Positions 13,721 through 27,359 of a stretch of 64,000 nt of DNA are shown here, piece by piece. Origin of the DNA: Eledone cirrhosa (taxonomy: Eukaryota); assembly GCA_964016885.1 (NCBI GenBank), contig OZ024742.1, forward strand, positions 254,758,001-254,822,000. The letters are read 5' to 3'. The notes under the pieces were generated by a model. That model was not told the origin of the DNA, ran no database searches, and saw nothing but the letters and a program-made list of their open reading frames with translations. Position 1 is the first letter of the stretch. Every line of letters starts with the position of its first letter. The position numbers and the translations under genes were made by a program.

Positions 13721-13999
13721 ATCTTGTGCCAAATTATTATTAGCAATCTTATTTTTATTGCAAGACATCACTACCGTAAGCTTTGTAATATGTGTTCAGA
13801 GTCTAGTATACCTATTTTCTGTATGCTGCATATATTTGCAAGGGGTTTTGGTTATATATCTATCTGTGTTTTTTTATCATTTAAGTGTCCCTGTTATTAA
13901 ATGGATTATTTTAGTTTTCATCATCCATATATATTCTAATGTGAGACTTCTATGCATATGGTGGTACTGATTACCTGACATGCCAAGATATGGCAGGAT

Positions 14000-15140
14000 T
14001 TTGGAGTTTGGCTGGAATCCAATCAGTAAATAAAGTATTCTGGCAGATCATTTGCTGAGTTTGTAAAAAGAAAGCCTCCTCGACACCTGATATCAGGAAC
14101 TTATATGTGATTCTTCTCTCTGAAGAGAGGTGCATCCTCTCAAAATGAAGAGAATACTTTGCTAGACTCCTAAATTTGATCACAACAGCATCTTCTGGTG
14201 TACATAGGTGCATCTAGGAGTGATGACTAATTTTTTGGAGACTGAAGTGGCCAGGGGAATTAAAGTGCTTAAATGTGGCAAGATGTCTGGGAGGATGAAA
14301 TTTAGACTGGGATGTTAATAGCCTTAAATAGAGAAAGTATGTTTTGGTTGACTCATGTGAACCAAGGGAACTGCATCTCTGAAAAGGCACTTGAGCAATG
14401 GCAATCAAGTATTATAATCCTAATTTTCTGAAAAGATGACAAAGTGAGATTGCTCTAATTAAAGAAGAATATCCTTGTTAAGCAACCCTGGGGAGTCAAA
14501 ACCAATGGGTGTAGAATCACTTGGCAGATACTTACAAATGACATGGTGTTACTTAACTTGCAAGTAGGTGATCTCCACCATGCATTTGATAGGCTTGCTG
14601 CCAAGTGTTGTATGGTAGGAATGAATTTCAGTGTTGCCAAAACTGAACCCTTCATTCTCTCAAGAAAGCTTGTCCAGTGTGCTCTGCATGTGAGTGGAAT
14701 TCTACTGCAGTGAGTTCAAGTATCTCAGAGCCATTTTCATGAGTGATATTGGACAGGAAACTGTGATAAATGCAAGAATTGCTGGTACGGATGCAGCAAT
14801 ATGCTAACTTCAGCACTCTTCCATCATAGGAAGGGCGATAGCTGTAAAATACATATTTGCTATTTTCAATTCAGTGTTCATGCTTACTTTTACTTATCGC
14901 CATGTATCTTGCATAATGATAAAAAAAATACGATTAGGAACACAAGCAGCTGAAATGGAGTTACTCCAAAGGGTCTTTGGAGTAATGTTACTTGATAGGG
15001 TGCATAGGTAAGCTGCTACTTCATACCATTGAGAGATTACAGCACCAGTACTGTAGACATATGGTTAGAATGTCTTAAATGCTGGGCAGATTTTATTTCC
15101 AAAGCCAACTAGCTAAAGATCCAGGAGTGAACCATGAGTA
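14000..15140 (+). pseudogene. highly degenerate RTE-like LINE RT relic
   Basis: Residual motifs QAAEMELLQRV (14943-14975), EFKYL, and HMVRM. Confidence 0.55.
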
Positions 15141-15519
15141 AGATGGTTGGATAACATCCATAAGCTTCATTGTACTTGCTTGTCGGTCCAACCGGATTAT
15201 TTTGATGCATTGCTTCTGATAGGACACTCTGTGATATGTGTCTGAGGACACTTCCTCCATGACCCTGACAGGAATAAGTTGGCAAAGAAGAAGAAACAAA
15301 CAATGAAAATATAACTGAATATAAAAAGAGGCATATACTGTATTTTCTCCTGTATAATACAAGAAATTTGGAACTAAAATTATGGGCAATATGGTGGGAC
15401 ATTTTTGTATAATAGTACATGTTTTCATAAATTTTCTTTTCAAATGGCAAGACTGCAAATATATATTGATAATAATTGTTTACAAATGATGATATATCGG
15501 CATTATTTTTTTATTAGGC

Positions 15520-17485
15520 AGTGGAGTGGCAGTATTAGACACCATGCTTTGCAGCATAGAGTTATGACCCTTTGCATTCTGAGTTCAAATCCTGCTGAGG
15601 TTAGCTTTGTCTTTCATCCTTGAGGGATCAATAAAATAAAATACCAGTAATGCACTGGGGTCAATTTAATCGACTTTCCCCTCCCCCAAAATTGCTGGCC
15701 TTGTGCCTATAGTAGAAATCATTATTTTTTTATCTGGGAATCAGCATTATTGAATGTTGTTTGTCTTCAAGACTGGAAGTTGGTAAGATAAATTTCAATA
15801 AAGGGGAGTAAATTCTGCCTACTGCTACATTACACACTATCATCTAGTTGTTTTATTTCCTTTAACAACATGAGAAGCTGAATATCATAGTGAAATATGT
15901 GTGACATCAAGATTTTGATAGCTAACATGGTTCAATTCAAGTTTATAAAATATTTAGATAGACATGGCTGTATGCCAGGGTTATATTATACACAAGGATC
16001 TATTCCCATTTGTTTTTTAACTTCAGAAACAGTTGTCATGTTTATACTCAGGTTGTATAATATCTAAAGAAATACAGTACCCAGTAACAGAAAAAATGCC
16101 ATAAATTATAAATTGTAAAAAATAAAAAAGAGAGGAGAAAACAAAATATTTCCATACGTTATCTATGTGCAAAATGTCAAACAACATAAAAAAAAGTTTT
16201 CATGGCTATACATACTGTATATACAACAGCGTGGCATTTTTTTAAACATCAGCATAAAATGCAGAAATGCAAAAAGTAAAATATAATATATTATATTTGC
16301 GAGAAGATAATGTAAAGTGACAGATTTGCTGGGAGGCAAATTGCTTGAAAGACATTTGCCAATATTCATAAGATTCAAAATGTGTTAATTCTCTTTGCAA
16401 CTGTGACTAGAAATGGTTGTTTTTTTGTTTTTTTAAACATAACAAGCAGTCAAACTATAGAATAAATATAGAAAGTAGATGTTTGATTCAAGAGTTAATT
16501 GCGTTAATATGTGATTTGACCGTAACTATTCACATTTGTCTGTTGTAATTTTGGCAGATATAGATGCTACTCCATATTGCATTATATTGTATACCTTTTA
16601 AGGGTAGGGGGTTGGCAGAATCATTAAAGTAGCAGACAAAATGTTACTTTTGTTCCACTAGAATCAGTTTTTCTTTTTCTCTGGCAAGCCTCGATATTTG
16701 TTATTTCTTCTTTCTCAATCTGTTCTTTTGCTGCATTACCAGACATAAGAACACTTGTTTTAGCTAGAATCAGTTTTTCTATTTATGCTTTTATTTCAGA
16801 GCTTCTGAACCATTGCTGTTTTTCACTTTGCTTTCTTCTTCACTGGCAAGCCTTGTTACTTATTATTTCTTCATTCTCAGTCTGTTCTTTTGCCACATTA
16901 CTAGGCCTAAGAACTATTGTGGCATATAGTTATATTCCTTTACATTCTAAGTTCAAATTCTACTGATGTCAGCTTGTCTTCCATCCTTACAGGATCGATA
17001 AAATAAAGTAGCAGTGATGCACTGGGGATGACTTAATCAACTTTCCCTTCCCCACAAATTGTTGGCCTTCTGCCTTTACCAGAAATCATTATTTAGAGAA
17101 TTAGCAAAATCATTACAGCATTGGACAAAATACTTTGCAGCATTTGTTCTGGTTCTTAATGCTCTGATTTCAAATCCTGCCAAGGTTGACTTTGGCCTTT
17201 GTCTTTCTGGGAGTTCAGAAAATATAGTACCAGAAAATTACTGAGGTCAACATAATCATTTACACTCTACAACAAATTGCTGCCTTTGTGCCTAAATTAG
17301 AAACTATTATTATTATATCTTCTTATATCTTTTTGACGCATAGAGTTACAGCCCTTGCCATTCTGAGTTCAAATCCCGCCGAGGTTAACTTTGCCTTTCA
17401 TCCTTATGGGGTCGATAAAATAAAGTACCAGTAATGTACTGGGTAATTGCTGGCCTTGTGCCAATAGTAGAAACAATTATTATTA
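15520..17485 (+). mobile_element. cluster of four Nin-domain-type SINE copies (15520-15725, 16940-17095, 17150-17310, 17335-17485)
   Basis: GAGTTCAAATCC (box B) + GAGGTTAACTTTGCCTTTCATCC..GGGGTCGATAAAATAAAGTACCAG + TTGCTGGCCTTGTGCC..AGAAAC (ATT)n. Confidence 0.75.
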
Positions 17486-18104
17486 TATCTTCTTATCTTC
17501 AAATCCCAAAGTGAGAACAGAAGAAAATAGAAAAAAAAAAATACAAAAAGAAAAACTTTAATAGAAGGTAAAGTTACAGGTGTGACTAAGGAGATCAATT
17601 CAGAATCACTTGATTCTGAATGCAGTCCTGCTGCATAGCATCTAGGTTGACCAATGCCTTGTATAAATATATATATATATATACGAGGGTAGAAGTACCA
17701 CATTGGTTTGATAAATTTAACCTGAAGCAAATGGAAGATATAGAATATATATACAGACCGTCTCGATAACTATTTCATCTCTCGGACAGATTAGAGATTT
17801 AATATGTTTCGAACTGAAAATTGTGTTTGTAACAGATAATCCGTAGGCTATCCTCAGCGAGAGACAAGATTAAATGGAACAAGCACATACAACTAAAAGC
17901 CACACGAATGAATATCTCACCTCATGTGCTGGACGTTAGAAGTGGTCTGAGTGGATATGCTAAAAACAATAGCCTTAATACACCCAACTTATAAGCTCAC
18001 TGTGTTTATTTCTACATATATTATTATATAATGCTCAGTATTTATACTTTGAGCTAGTTAATTACAGGGTATCAATATGAGTTAGTAATTCTGTATTTTA
18101 TTTG

Positions 18105-18143
<39 letters not shown>

Positions 18144-18393
18144 ATAAGTAGAGAGAGAGGGGAGAGAGAGAGAGAAAGAGAGAGAGAGTAAGTCGTTTTC
18201 AGATACGGAAACTGATAAAGGTAGGTGAGGAAGTTTTAACAGCTCAAAAATACAGGATTTATTACATTAAAATGTACATAAGGCTACATCAATTTAAAAA
18301 AAAGTATGAATTCCTAATATGAATGTTTATGTATACACATAGAGCAAATATTACATTGAAAATAAGACCAAATACTGCTAATTATACCATATC

Positions 18394-18486
18394 TTAATTA
18401 ACATATGTTTCATCCATCTTACTGAATATATATTAATTATTGATTAATTAATTATAAAATCTACTACTTGCAATCTTCAGAATTAA
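18394..18486 (-). ncRNA. type I hammerhead ribozyme (left arm)
   Basis: TTAATT-CTGAAGA-TTGCA..TGGAT-GAAA-CATATG-TT-AATTAA on the minus strand. Confidence 0.72.
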
Positions 18487-18603
18487 TTAGACATAAGCAA
18501 CATTTTTACCTCAACAAGAACATTCTGTATAAAACATACCCTAATGGTAAAGTTTGTATACAGAATGCTCTTGTTGAGGTAAAAATGTTACTTATATGTC
18601 TTA

Positions 18604-18696
18604 TTAATTCTGAAGATTCCAGTTAGTAGATTATATAATTAATTAATCAATAATTAATATATATTCAATAAGATGGATGAAACATATGTTGATTAA
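18604..18696 (+). ncRNA. type I hammerhead ribozyme (right arm)
   Basis: TTAATT-CTGAAGA-T-TCCA..TGGA-T-GAAA-CATATG-TT-GATTAA; palindromic stem III. Confidence 0.8.
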
Positions 18697-18769
18697 AATA
18701 TGATATAATTAGCAGTATTTGGTCTTATTTTCAATATATATATATATTAGGCTGGTTGCCAGGTTTTCA

Positions 18770-20242
18770 TATCATCATCATCATCATCATCATCATCACC
18801 GTTTTACGTCCGTTATTCCATGCTAGCATGGGTTAGACAGGTTGTCCTGTTGTTGGCAGTGTCTGGTCGGCTGATCATGTCTTGCTCATACAGGAACTGA
18901 TTTTGGCTTGGTTTCTACAGCTGGATACTCTTTCTAACACCAACCTCATTTACAGTGAGGGCTGGGTGCTTTTTTCTGTCGCCTACACGTCCACTTTACA
19001 GTGTGGGCTGGGTGCTTTTTTGCCGTGGCACCTCCATGACCACTTTGCAGTGGGATGGGATTGGGCATATTGTCTATATGCTTCAGCTTGTACCCATGGG
19101 AGGTTGGGTACTCTGTATTACAGATTGACGCCAGAGGTCACGGTTGTGTGTCATCGCATTTGAGAGGTGTAATTGGGTAAGATCGGCTTTTATCACCTCA
19201 TCCCAGGTCTTCTTGGGTCTCCCCACTCCGTGGTTTCCAATGACTTCTAGTGCTCTGCACCTTTTTATGCAGCTGTCATCCTTCATACGCATCACATGTC
19301 CATACCAACGCAACCGCCTCTCCTGCACACAGCATTTGATTCCTCTTATGCTCAGTCTCTCTCTCAATTCATTTATGCTTTGCCGTTCGCGTATATTACT
19401 ATTACACATCCATCGGAGCATGCAGGCTTCGTTTCTTTCTAATCTACGTAAGTCTTCCACCTTCAGCGCCCAGGTCTCACTACCATGTAACATTGCTGTT
19501 CGTATACACGCATCATACAATCTGCCTTTCATTTTGAGGGAAAAGCCTTTTGCAGCTGGCAGTGGCAGTAGTTCCCTGAACTTCTTCCATCCCGTTCTTA
19601 CCCTAGTTATAGTACTTTCTGGAAACCCACCTCCGCTGCGAACTCGGTCACCTAGGTAGCAGAAGCTGTCTACTGTTTCTACAGAGCCCTCCCAGAGATT
19701 GGTGGTACTTGTTTCCTGTGGCTGTTTGCTGCTTGCTGTCCCAGCACAGCTGCTACATGTGAAGCCTACATTCTTAATTAAGCTTCCTGAGATCCCGCTA
19801 CATCTCTTGTGTAGCCATTGTTTGCATTTGGGGCAGAGAATGGAGTTCCTACCTACACCTTTCCTACATACTGAGCAAGGCCATTTTCCTGAGGGGATTT
19901 GGGTTCTGTTTTCTAGTCTACTTACAAGGACCTTACTCTTTGCAAGGTTGACTTTGAGACCCTTTCTTTCTAGTCCCAGCTTCCAAGTTTGGAATTTCTT
20001 CTCTAGTTCTACCATATATTCAGCTATAAGTGTGAGGTCATCTGCATACAGGAGTTCCCATGGGCATCCGGTCTTAAACTCCTCCGTTATTGCCTGCAGG
20101 ACTATGATGAACAGGAGAGGGCTAAGAACAGAGCCCCGGGGGACACCAACCTGTATGCTAAATTCCTCGCTATACTCATTGCTAATCCTATCTTTGCTGA
20201 CTGCTCCCCTATACATGGCTCGTACAGATTTTACAAGCCATT
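18770..20242 (-). mobile_element. RTE-clade LINE, 5'-truncated, RT C-half with PHD-like Cys/His insert and (TGA)n tail
   Basis: ORF 19083-20216: GVPRGSVLSPLLF, LLYADD, CSVC..CPKC..H..C..CSSC, FCYLG, LRWYGHV; (CAT)n at 18771-18797. Confidence 0.95.
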
Positions 20243-20249
20243 CTCTCTC

Positions 20250-20364
<115 letters not shown>

Positions 20365-20379
20365 TATATATATATAATA

Positions 20380-21268
20380 TAAATTAAGAAAAATAATGAA
20401 TAAAAACAAAGAAACAGTTCATTATATTAAAAAAATTCATCATTTTACGATCGTTTCTAGGATATATATGTGTTTCTGTTGGTATGTATATCATATAGAT
20501 CTATGTAAAATTTTTACAAACTATCAGAGGGAATATACATACCTACACATATATATGCTGTCTTCAGAAATAATGATATTTGTTTATTGAAAATAACCAA
20601 CAAAGATTTAATATAATAGGTCTGTTTGGGTACAGGATTTGAATTGACCAATAGAAAGGTAGTAAGTGGTCAATATGGTAGAATAGTAGTAATAAAACTT
20701 TAATTTATGGGTAGAGGAAAGCAGATTTCAGTTTTGAATGGAAAGAGTATGATGAATGAAAAGATTATTTTAGGGATGAAAATAGGTCAAGTCGGTAAAA
20801 GGTACACGAAAAATTGATGTTATAAAAGAATAATGCTAATGTAAATATCTAAGGAGAATAAAATTTTACGATAAATGTGTTAGTGAAAAATATCAATCTT
20901 ATTTAAAATATAAGGAATTTACATCTATAAAAAGAAAATAAATTAATTAAATTGATAGGTATATTTATATTGATAAATTTATATTAATTCATTTAGATAT
21001 GATAAATAAGAGTTAGATGTAATTGAAGAGTGCTGTTAAAAACGAAAGGAAAATAAAAAAAATAATAATAATAATTATGGGGGGGGGGGTAAATTTATTA
21101 GTGAGAAATAACAAATTTATATAGATTATAAGGAATATAGAATCATAACCTGAAATTAAAATAGTTTATATGTATACTTATTGGTAAAAATTTTAGGAAA
21201 AGATAGCTGTAAAAGGGAAATAAAATTATGCAGTTCATTAGTAGTAGAATATTAATTATACGTTAACT

Positions 21269-21300
<32 letters not shown>

Positions 21301-21780
21301 TGTTATTATAATAATTTCTAAAGTGTATATTAATTAGATTTATAATATTTAAAAGTTCTTCTCAATATATGATTACATGATATAATTAATTCCTGTCGTT
21401 TATTTAATAGGATATCCTTAGATTTCGTTATTTCAAAAAGTTCCTGGGAACATAATCTACATTCATATCTATTATTTTGATACACTCCAGGTCAGGTTAT
21501 AATCTATATTCTTTTTTCTATAATTATTAATTATTTCAGCTAAAGATGTTGTATTAGCTAATGCGGCATTTTTAAAACTGTGTTTGTGGGTATTAAATCT
21601 TACTTTAAATTGGTTAGAAGTAGCTCCTATATATGAATAAGTTGAGTCCTGAGTGTTAATTTTACATTTATATACTATTAATTTATCTTGACTCTGTTTT
21701 CCTGTATTTTTCATCGGAAAAAATTTTGAATACATCTTCTTTTTCATGATATTCGGATTACATTGAGTTCTTCATACGGA
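20380..21780 (-). mobile_element. Penelope-like 3' fragment (GIY-YIG + long pLTR with HHR) between (TA)n runs
   Basis: ORF 21472-21747 LIVYKC..SYIGATSNQFKVRFNTHKHSF; HHR at 20438. Confidence 0.85.
20438..20575 (-). ncRNA. type I hammerhead ribozyme with very long stem-loop II
   Basis: CATTATTT-CTGAAGA-CAGCATATATATGTG..CACATATATATCCTA-GAAA-CGATCG-TA-AAATGATG; 8-bp stem I, palindromic stem III. Confidence 0.82.
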
Positions 21781-21883
21781 TTGGACACTACCGTACATTT
21801 TGGTAGATTTATCTACATATATATAATATATATATAATATATATATAATATATATATATATATAATATATATATATATATATA

Positions 21884-21955
<72 letters not shown>

Positions 21956-21957
<2 letters not shown>

Positions 21958-22105
21958 CCGTCGGTCAGTCAATGGCAACATTGAGGACCGAGTAAGTTAG
22001 ATCGCAGATATAAAAGACAGCGAGAAGCGAAAACCAACCAAACAGTGAGTGTGTTCTGTTATTAATTCTGGCAAATATTACGCAAATATGACCCTCCCCA
22101 AGTAT

Positions 22106-22109
<4 letters not shown>
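21956..22109 (+). mobile_element. LTR-like 3' (U5) fragment in (TA)n; inverted copies at 26023-26180 and 29370-29526, relative at 57483-57545
   Basis: Ends CCCTCCCCAAGTATAACA; AATAAA present in the 26 kb copy; near-identical reverse-complement copies. Confidence 0.55.
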
Positions 22110-22161
<52 letters not shown>

Positions 22162-22562
22162 AGAATATTTTCGAAACAGCGAGTGGGTTTGAAATTATTA
22201 GAAATGTAATTTATCGCTGTATTTTGACTAAAGAAATTAAAGATATTATTTAGCCTGATAGTGGGGTTAAGAACCCTCGGAGAAATGGAAAAAGATGAGT
22301 ATTGACGTGCATGTACGTCAATACTCATCTTTCTTATATATTTCATGTACGTCATGTACGTCAATACTCATCATTCTTATATATTTGATATATATAGTCC
22401 TCTTTGGATTTTAGTCTTCAATTTTATTATTATTACTATATAGTATATATATATATATATGTGTATATATATATATATATGTATATATATATAGTATATA
22501 TATATATAATATATATAATATATATATATATATATAGTATATATATATATAGTATATATATA

Positions 22563-22629
<67 letters not shown>

Positions 22630-22641
22630 ATAATATATATA

Positions 22642-22729
<88 letters not shown>

Positions 22730-22788
22730 GTATATATATATATATATATATTATATATATGTATATACATATATATATTATATATATG

Positions 22789-22855
<67 letters not shown>

Positions 22856-22904
22856 ATATATATATATATATATAAATATATATATATATACATATATATA
22901 TATA

Positions 22905-23280
22905 GAATAAGGAAAAGCGAAGTATTTTCAGATGTTCAAGTCCTTTAATAATAATGGTGTGATATATATTTCAATGACGAAAGTGGCCACACTGTTCTGT
23001 GCGCCAGTCTCGCGACATCGTCAGACAGCTTGTTACATAATAAGGTTATGTTTCCGAGGCAATCCAAATTGAATCGACATGGGAACGGACGAAGTATGTG
23101 CCTTTGGGTTCTTCATCCGTTCTCCTGTGAGTACCGAGACTGGCGCACAGAACAGTGTGGCCACTTTCGCCATTGAAATATATATCACAGCATTTACCAG
23201 TAATGCACCTTGTGCCTAAAGTAGAAACAATTATTATTAAAGGACTTGAACATCTGAAACTACTTCGCTTTTCCTTATTC
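22905..23280. repeat. foldback element with ~105-bp inverted arms; candidate HHR 22956-23029 on minus strand
   Basis: 22905-23012 is the reverse complement of 23136-23280 (right arm carries a short SINE-derived insert); GCTGT-CTGACGA..GAAA-TATATA-TC-ACA(C/G)C. Confidence 0.7.
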
Positions 23281-23356
23281 GATATTTACTCCGTCACTGC
23301 TATGTGGAATAAGTACATTGTATGCTTGATTTGAATTGCATCAATGTTTACCCTAA

Positions 23357-23427
<71 letters not shown>

Positions 23428-23599
23428 AAAGATCTATTTAAATTGTTGGGATACAACAAGCAAATATTATTATAACTGATATAAAGCACTCGACAAATAT
23501 TTGGAGTAGATATACAATATTAATAAATGGAAACAATATGAAGTACATACACTAAGACTAATTGATGTAATCTTTGGCCTTCTTTGTTTATTTTTTTCT

Positions 23600-23770
23600 T
23601 TTTGTGTATGCAAAAATATCTGTATACGAATATCTATATTAAAATAACATATTAATGTTTAAGCAAAGAATCGCTGCTTTCAACCTTAACGGGATCTTCT
23701 GAAACTAAAAAAATCAATCTGGAAAACAGGAAGACGATACTTTGGTTCGCGAAGACGTTCCTTGCATAAG
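23600..23770 (-). mobile_element. short (TA)n-associated element of the CAGAAGA-HHR family (HHR 23657-23706)
   Basis: Reverse complement of 36490-36660 with deletions. Confidence 0.75.
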
Positions 23771-23854
23771 AATATATATACACACACACACTGATCGCGT
23801 CACGATGACGTAATGCAGACAGTCAGGCATACAGACAGATATTATGAAGGCGCG

Positions 23855-24213
23855 ACGAGGTTAACTTTGCCTTTCATCCTTACGGGGTCGATAAAATAAA
23901 GTACCAGTAATGTACTGGGTAATTGCTGGCCTTGTGCCAAAAGTAGAAACAATTATGAAGGCGCGACGTCATATCTATGTATCTATCTAAAAAGAGAAAG
24001 ACTAAGAGAAAGAGAAAGAGATCGCTAACTCATAAGGGAAGCAGACGACATATACACATGTATATAAATATATATAATAATTGTTTCTGCTTTTGGCACA
24101 AGGCCAGCAATTACCCAGTGTATTAAGAATATTAGTAATAATTGTTTCTAATTTTGGCACAAGGCCAGCAATTACTCAGTACATTACTGGTACTTTTTTA
24201 TCGACCCCGTAAT

Positions 24214-24259
<46 letters not shown>

Positions 24260-24625
24260 GTAGTAATAATATACGTAATAATTGTTTCTACTTTAGGCAC
24301 AAGGCCAGCAAATACCCAGTGCATTACTGGTACTTTATTTTATCGACCCCGTAAGGATGAAAGGCAAAGTCAACCTCGGCGGGATTTGAACTCAGATCAT
24401 AAAGGGATGTAACTAAATAGTATACGTAATAATAATTGTTTCTACTTTAGGCACAAGGCCAGCAATTACCCAGTGCATTACTGGTACTTTATTTTATCGA
24501 CCCCGTAAGGATGAAAGGCAAAGTCAACCTCGGCGGGATTTGAACTCAGATCGTAAAGGGACGTAACTATGCTGGAAAGCATGGCGCCCGACCCTCTACC
24601 GATACTGCCAATCCACCACCCTTAT
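23855..24625. mobile_element. cluster of Nin-domain-type SINE copies and fragments (plus 23855-23955; minus 24075-24625, tandem)
   Basis: Repeated AATTGTTTCTACTTTAGGCACAAGGCCAGC..TCGACCCCGTAAGGATGAAAGGCAAAGTCAACCTCGGCGGGATTTGAACTC. Confidence 0.8.
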
Positions 24626-24652
24626 ATACGTAATATACGTAATAATAATAAT

Positions 24653-24924
<272 letters not shown>

Positions 24925-25307
24925 CGTCCCTTCACGCACAAGGCGCCAAGGTACGCATGTATTGTCCAACCAAGTGCCAATGTGGTTCAAGGCTCGTTAA
25001 TTTATTAACCCGCCATTGAACCACATTGGCACTTGGTTGGACAATACATGCGTAGCTTGGCGCCTTGTGCGTGAAGGGACGTATTTCATATTACTACTAC
25101 CTCCACTAACGTTGAGAACAAACCGGGTCATTCCGACTGCTGCTAGCAATAGCGGTGGCTAGTTTGACCTACCTCCTTTTGCCTCTATCTTTGCTACGGC
25201 CCTTGATAAACGTGTTCTACATCATCCACTCTCATCCCAGGAGCAGTTTTTGATAGCGCTAGTTTGTGATTTAAATTCAGGAATTTTATATTCTTTGAAT
25301 GAAAAGA

Positions 25308-25391
25308 ACCTTCTGACGAGAATCTTTCTTTGCAACGAAGGCCGTAAGGTCTCCGTTTTATTTTTGGGATTCGAAACCGATCGGTAAAGGT
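25308..25391 (+). ncRNA. type I hammerhead ribozyme (monomer 1)
   Basis: ACCTT-CTGACGA-GAATC..GATTC-GAAA-CCGATCGG-TA-AAGGT; fully canonical core; predicted cut after 25386. Confidence 0.92.
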
Positions 25392-25790
25392 AACTATAGT
25401 AGGTAAAGTCAATTTTTTTAAATTTATTTTGAAACTTTTTCATTATTTACTAAACCTTGTTTATATTTGTTCTGGCTCGTTAATTTATTAACCCGCCATT
25501 GAACCACATTGGCACTTGGTTGGACAATACATGCGTACCTTGGCGCCTTGTGCGTGAAGGGACGTATTTCATATTACTACTACCTCCACTAACGTTGAGA
25601 ACAAACCGGGTCATTCCGACTGCTGCTAGCAATAGCGGTGGCTAGTTTGACCTACCTCCTTTTGCCTCTATCTTTGCTATGGCCCTTGATAAACCTGTTC
25701 TACATCATCCACTCTCATCCCAGGAACAGTTTTTCATAGCGCTAGTTTGTGATTTAAATTCAGGAATTTTATATTCTTTGAATGAAAAGA

Positions 25791-25874
25791 ACCTTCTGAC
25801 GAGAATCTTTCTTTGCAACGAAGGCCGTATGGTCTCCGTTTTATTTTTGGGATTCGAAACCGATCGGTAAAGGT
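25791..25874 (+). ncRNA. type I hammerhead ribozyme (monomer 2)
   Basis: Same motif exactly 483 bp downstream. Confidence 0.92.
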
Positions 25875-25941
25875 AACTATAGTAGGTAAAGTCAATTTTT
25901 TAAAATTTATTTTGAAACTTTTTCATTATTTACTAAACCTT

Positions 25942-26027
<86 letters not shown>

Positions 26028-26699
26028 ATACTTGGGGAGGGTCATATTTGCGTAACATTGCCAGAATTAATAACAGAACACACTCACTGTTTGGTTGGTT
26101 TTCGCTTCTCGCTGTCTTTTATTATATCTGCGATCTAACTTACTCGGTCCTCAATGTTGCCATTGACTGACCGGCGGTCAAAAATAATACAGATACAATA
26201 TAGACACAAACACATATATATATATATATAGTTTACATAATTTACATAAATCTTTCGTTGCACATCTGCAACATCGTCAGTGGTGTTATATTCATTGTTC
26301 CTCCTGTTGTGTTGTATGTCTACGCCATTTTTTCATATATATATATATATATATATATACACACGTGTATACAGATACAGACACATATACATATGGCAAA
26401 CTCACACACGCATATGTGCACATACACACACTCACATGTTAATAGATTTTACTCTTATTGGAACGCTCTCACACACACACACGCACACATGTTAATAGTT
26501 ATACGTCATGTATCTTTGACAGTATCAAAAGACAGCGTCTTTCACTCTCTCTCTCTCCCTCCCGCTATCTCCCTCTTGTAGTATGTCTCTTTCTTTTACT
26601 CTCACTCTCTCTCTCTCTTTGTAACTTACATTCTATCGAAAAACGCTGTTACGAATGGGAGGAGTAAGAGGAGAAAAAAGCGACTTCGTCACTTCGCCT

Positions 26700-26919
26700 C
26701 ACCGTTTCTTTCTCTCCCCTCTCACTCCCTCATTATGTAGAGACATTGGTCACTTCACTAATTCGATCCCTAGAACAGAAGAATTTTAATTTTTTTTTTG
26801 CTCAAAACATTTCCGGGGTCATATTTATTACACCTGTAAAGTTTGAAAAACAACCGTTTGGTACTTTTTGAGTTTCAGGGAAACAGACACACAGACATCC
26901 TCTGTTTTATATATATAGA
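26700..26919 (-). mobile_element. possible non-autonomous Helitron 5' end (copy at 30060-30263)
   Basis: Minus strand begins TCTATATATATAAAACAGAGGATGTCTGTGTGTCTGT, resembling Helitron 5' termini; no 3' CTRR end found. Confidence 0.35.
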
Positions 26920-26944
26920 TATATACTATATATATATATATATA

Positions 26945-27359
26945 GAGAAAATTGAGGTTGGTAATGGCACATGGAATATATAAGAGACAGAATACTTTTT
27001 TGTGAAAAAACATAATTTTATAAGGTAAGGAAATAATAAAGGGTATAAAAAATGACCGGTTTCGATGGGTCTGCAAAAGCCATCTTTTCAAATGTTGATT
27101 AATATTAAGAAAAATTAATAATACGAAGAGTTAAAATTTGAGACTTGAAAATTCAAGTATAAAATTCATTGTGGGATTTCATAGCAGTTTTCATCTAGGT
27201 AGCAACAACAAGTTGACTGCTGTGTCCCTTTCTGGTAGTGAATGAGAAGTTATTTGGGGTGTGGGTTATTTTATAAAGGTCAGATTTAGCAATAGCCAGC
27301 TGCTGGTCAGTGAGGGGGTGGAAGCAATATACACACACATATATCTTCCTATGATGGGT

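Larger units (their letters stand above)
18354..18736. repeat. foldback palindrome (~190-bp arms) with one HHR per strand
   Basis: 18354-18540 is the reverse complement of 18546-18736; right end runs into (TA)n. Confidence 0.88.

Noticed and set aside
22250-22345. CTGATAG hairpin and a ~20-bp-arm hairpin
   Set aside because: The core is non-matching and there is no GAAA; likely a local foldback junction
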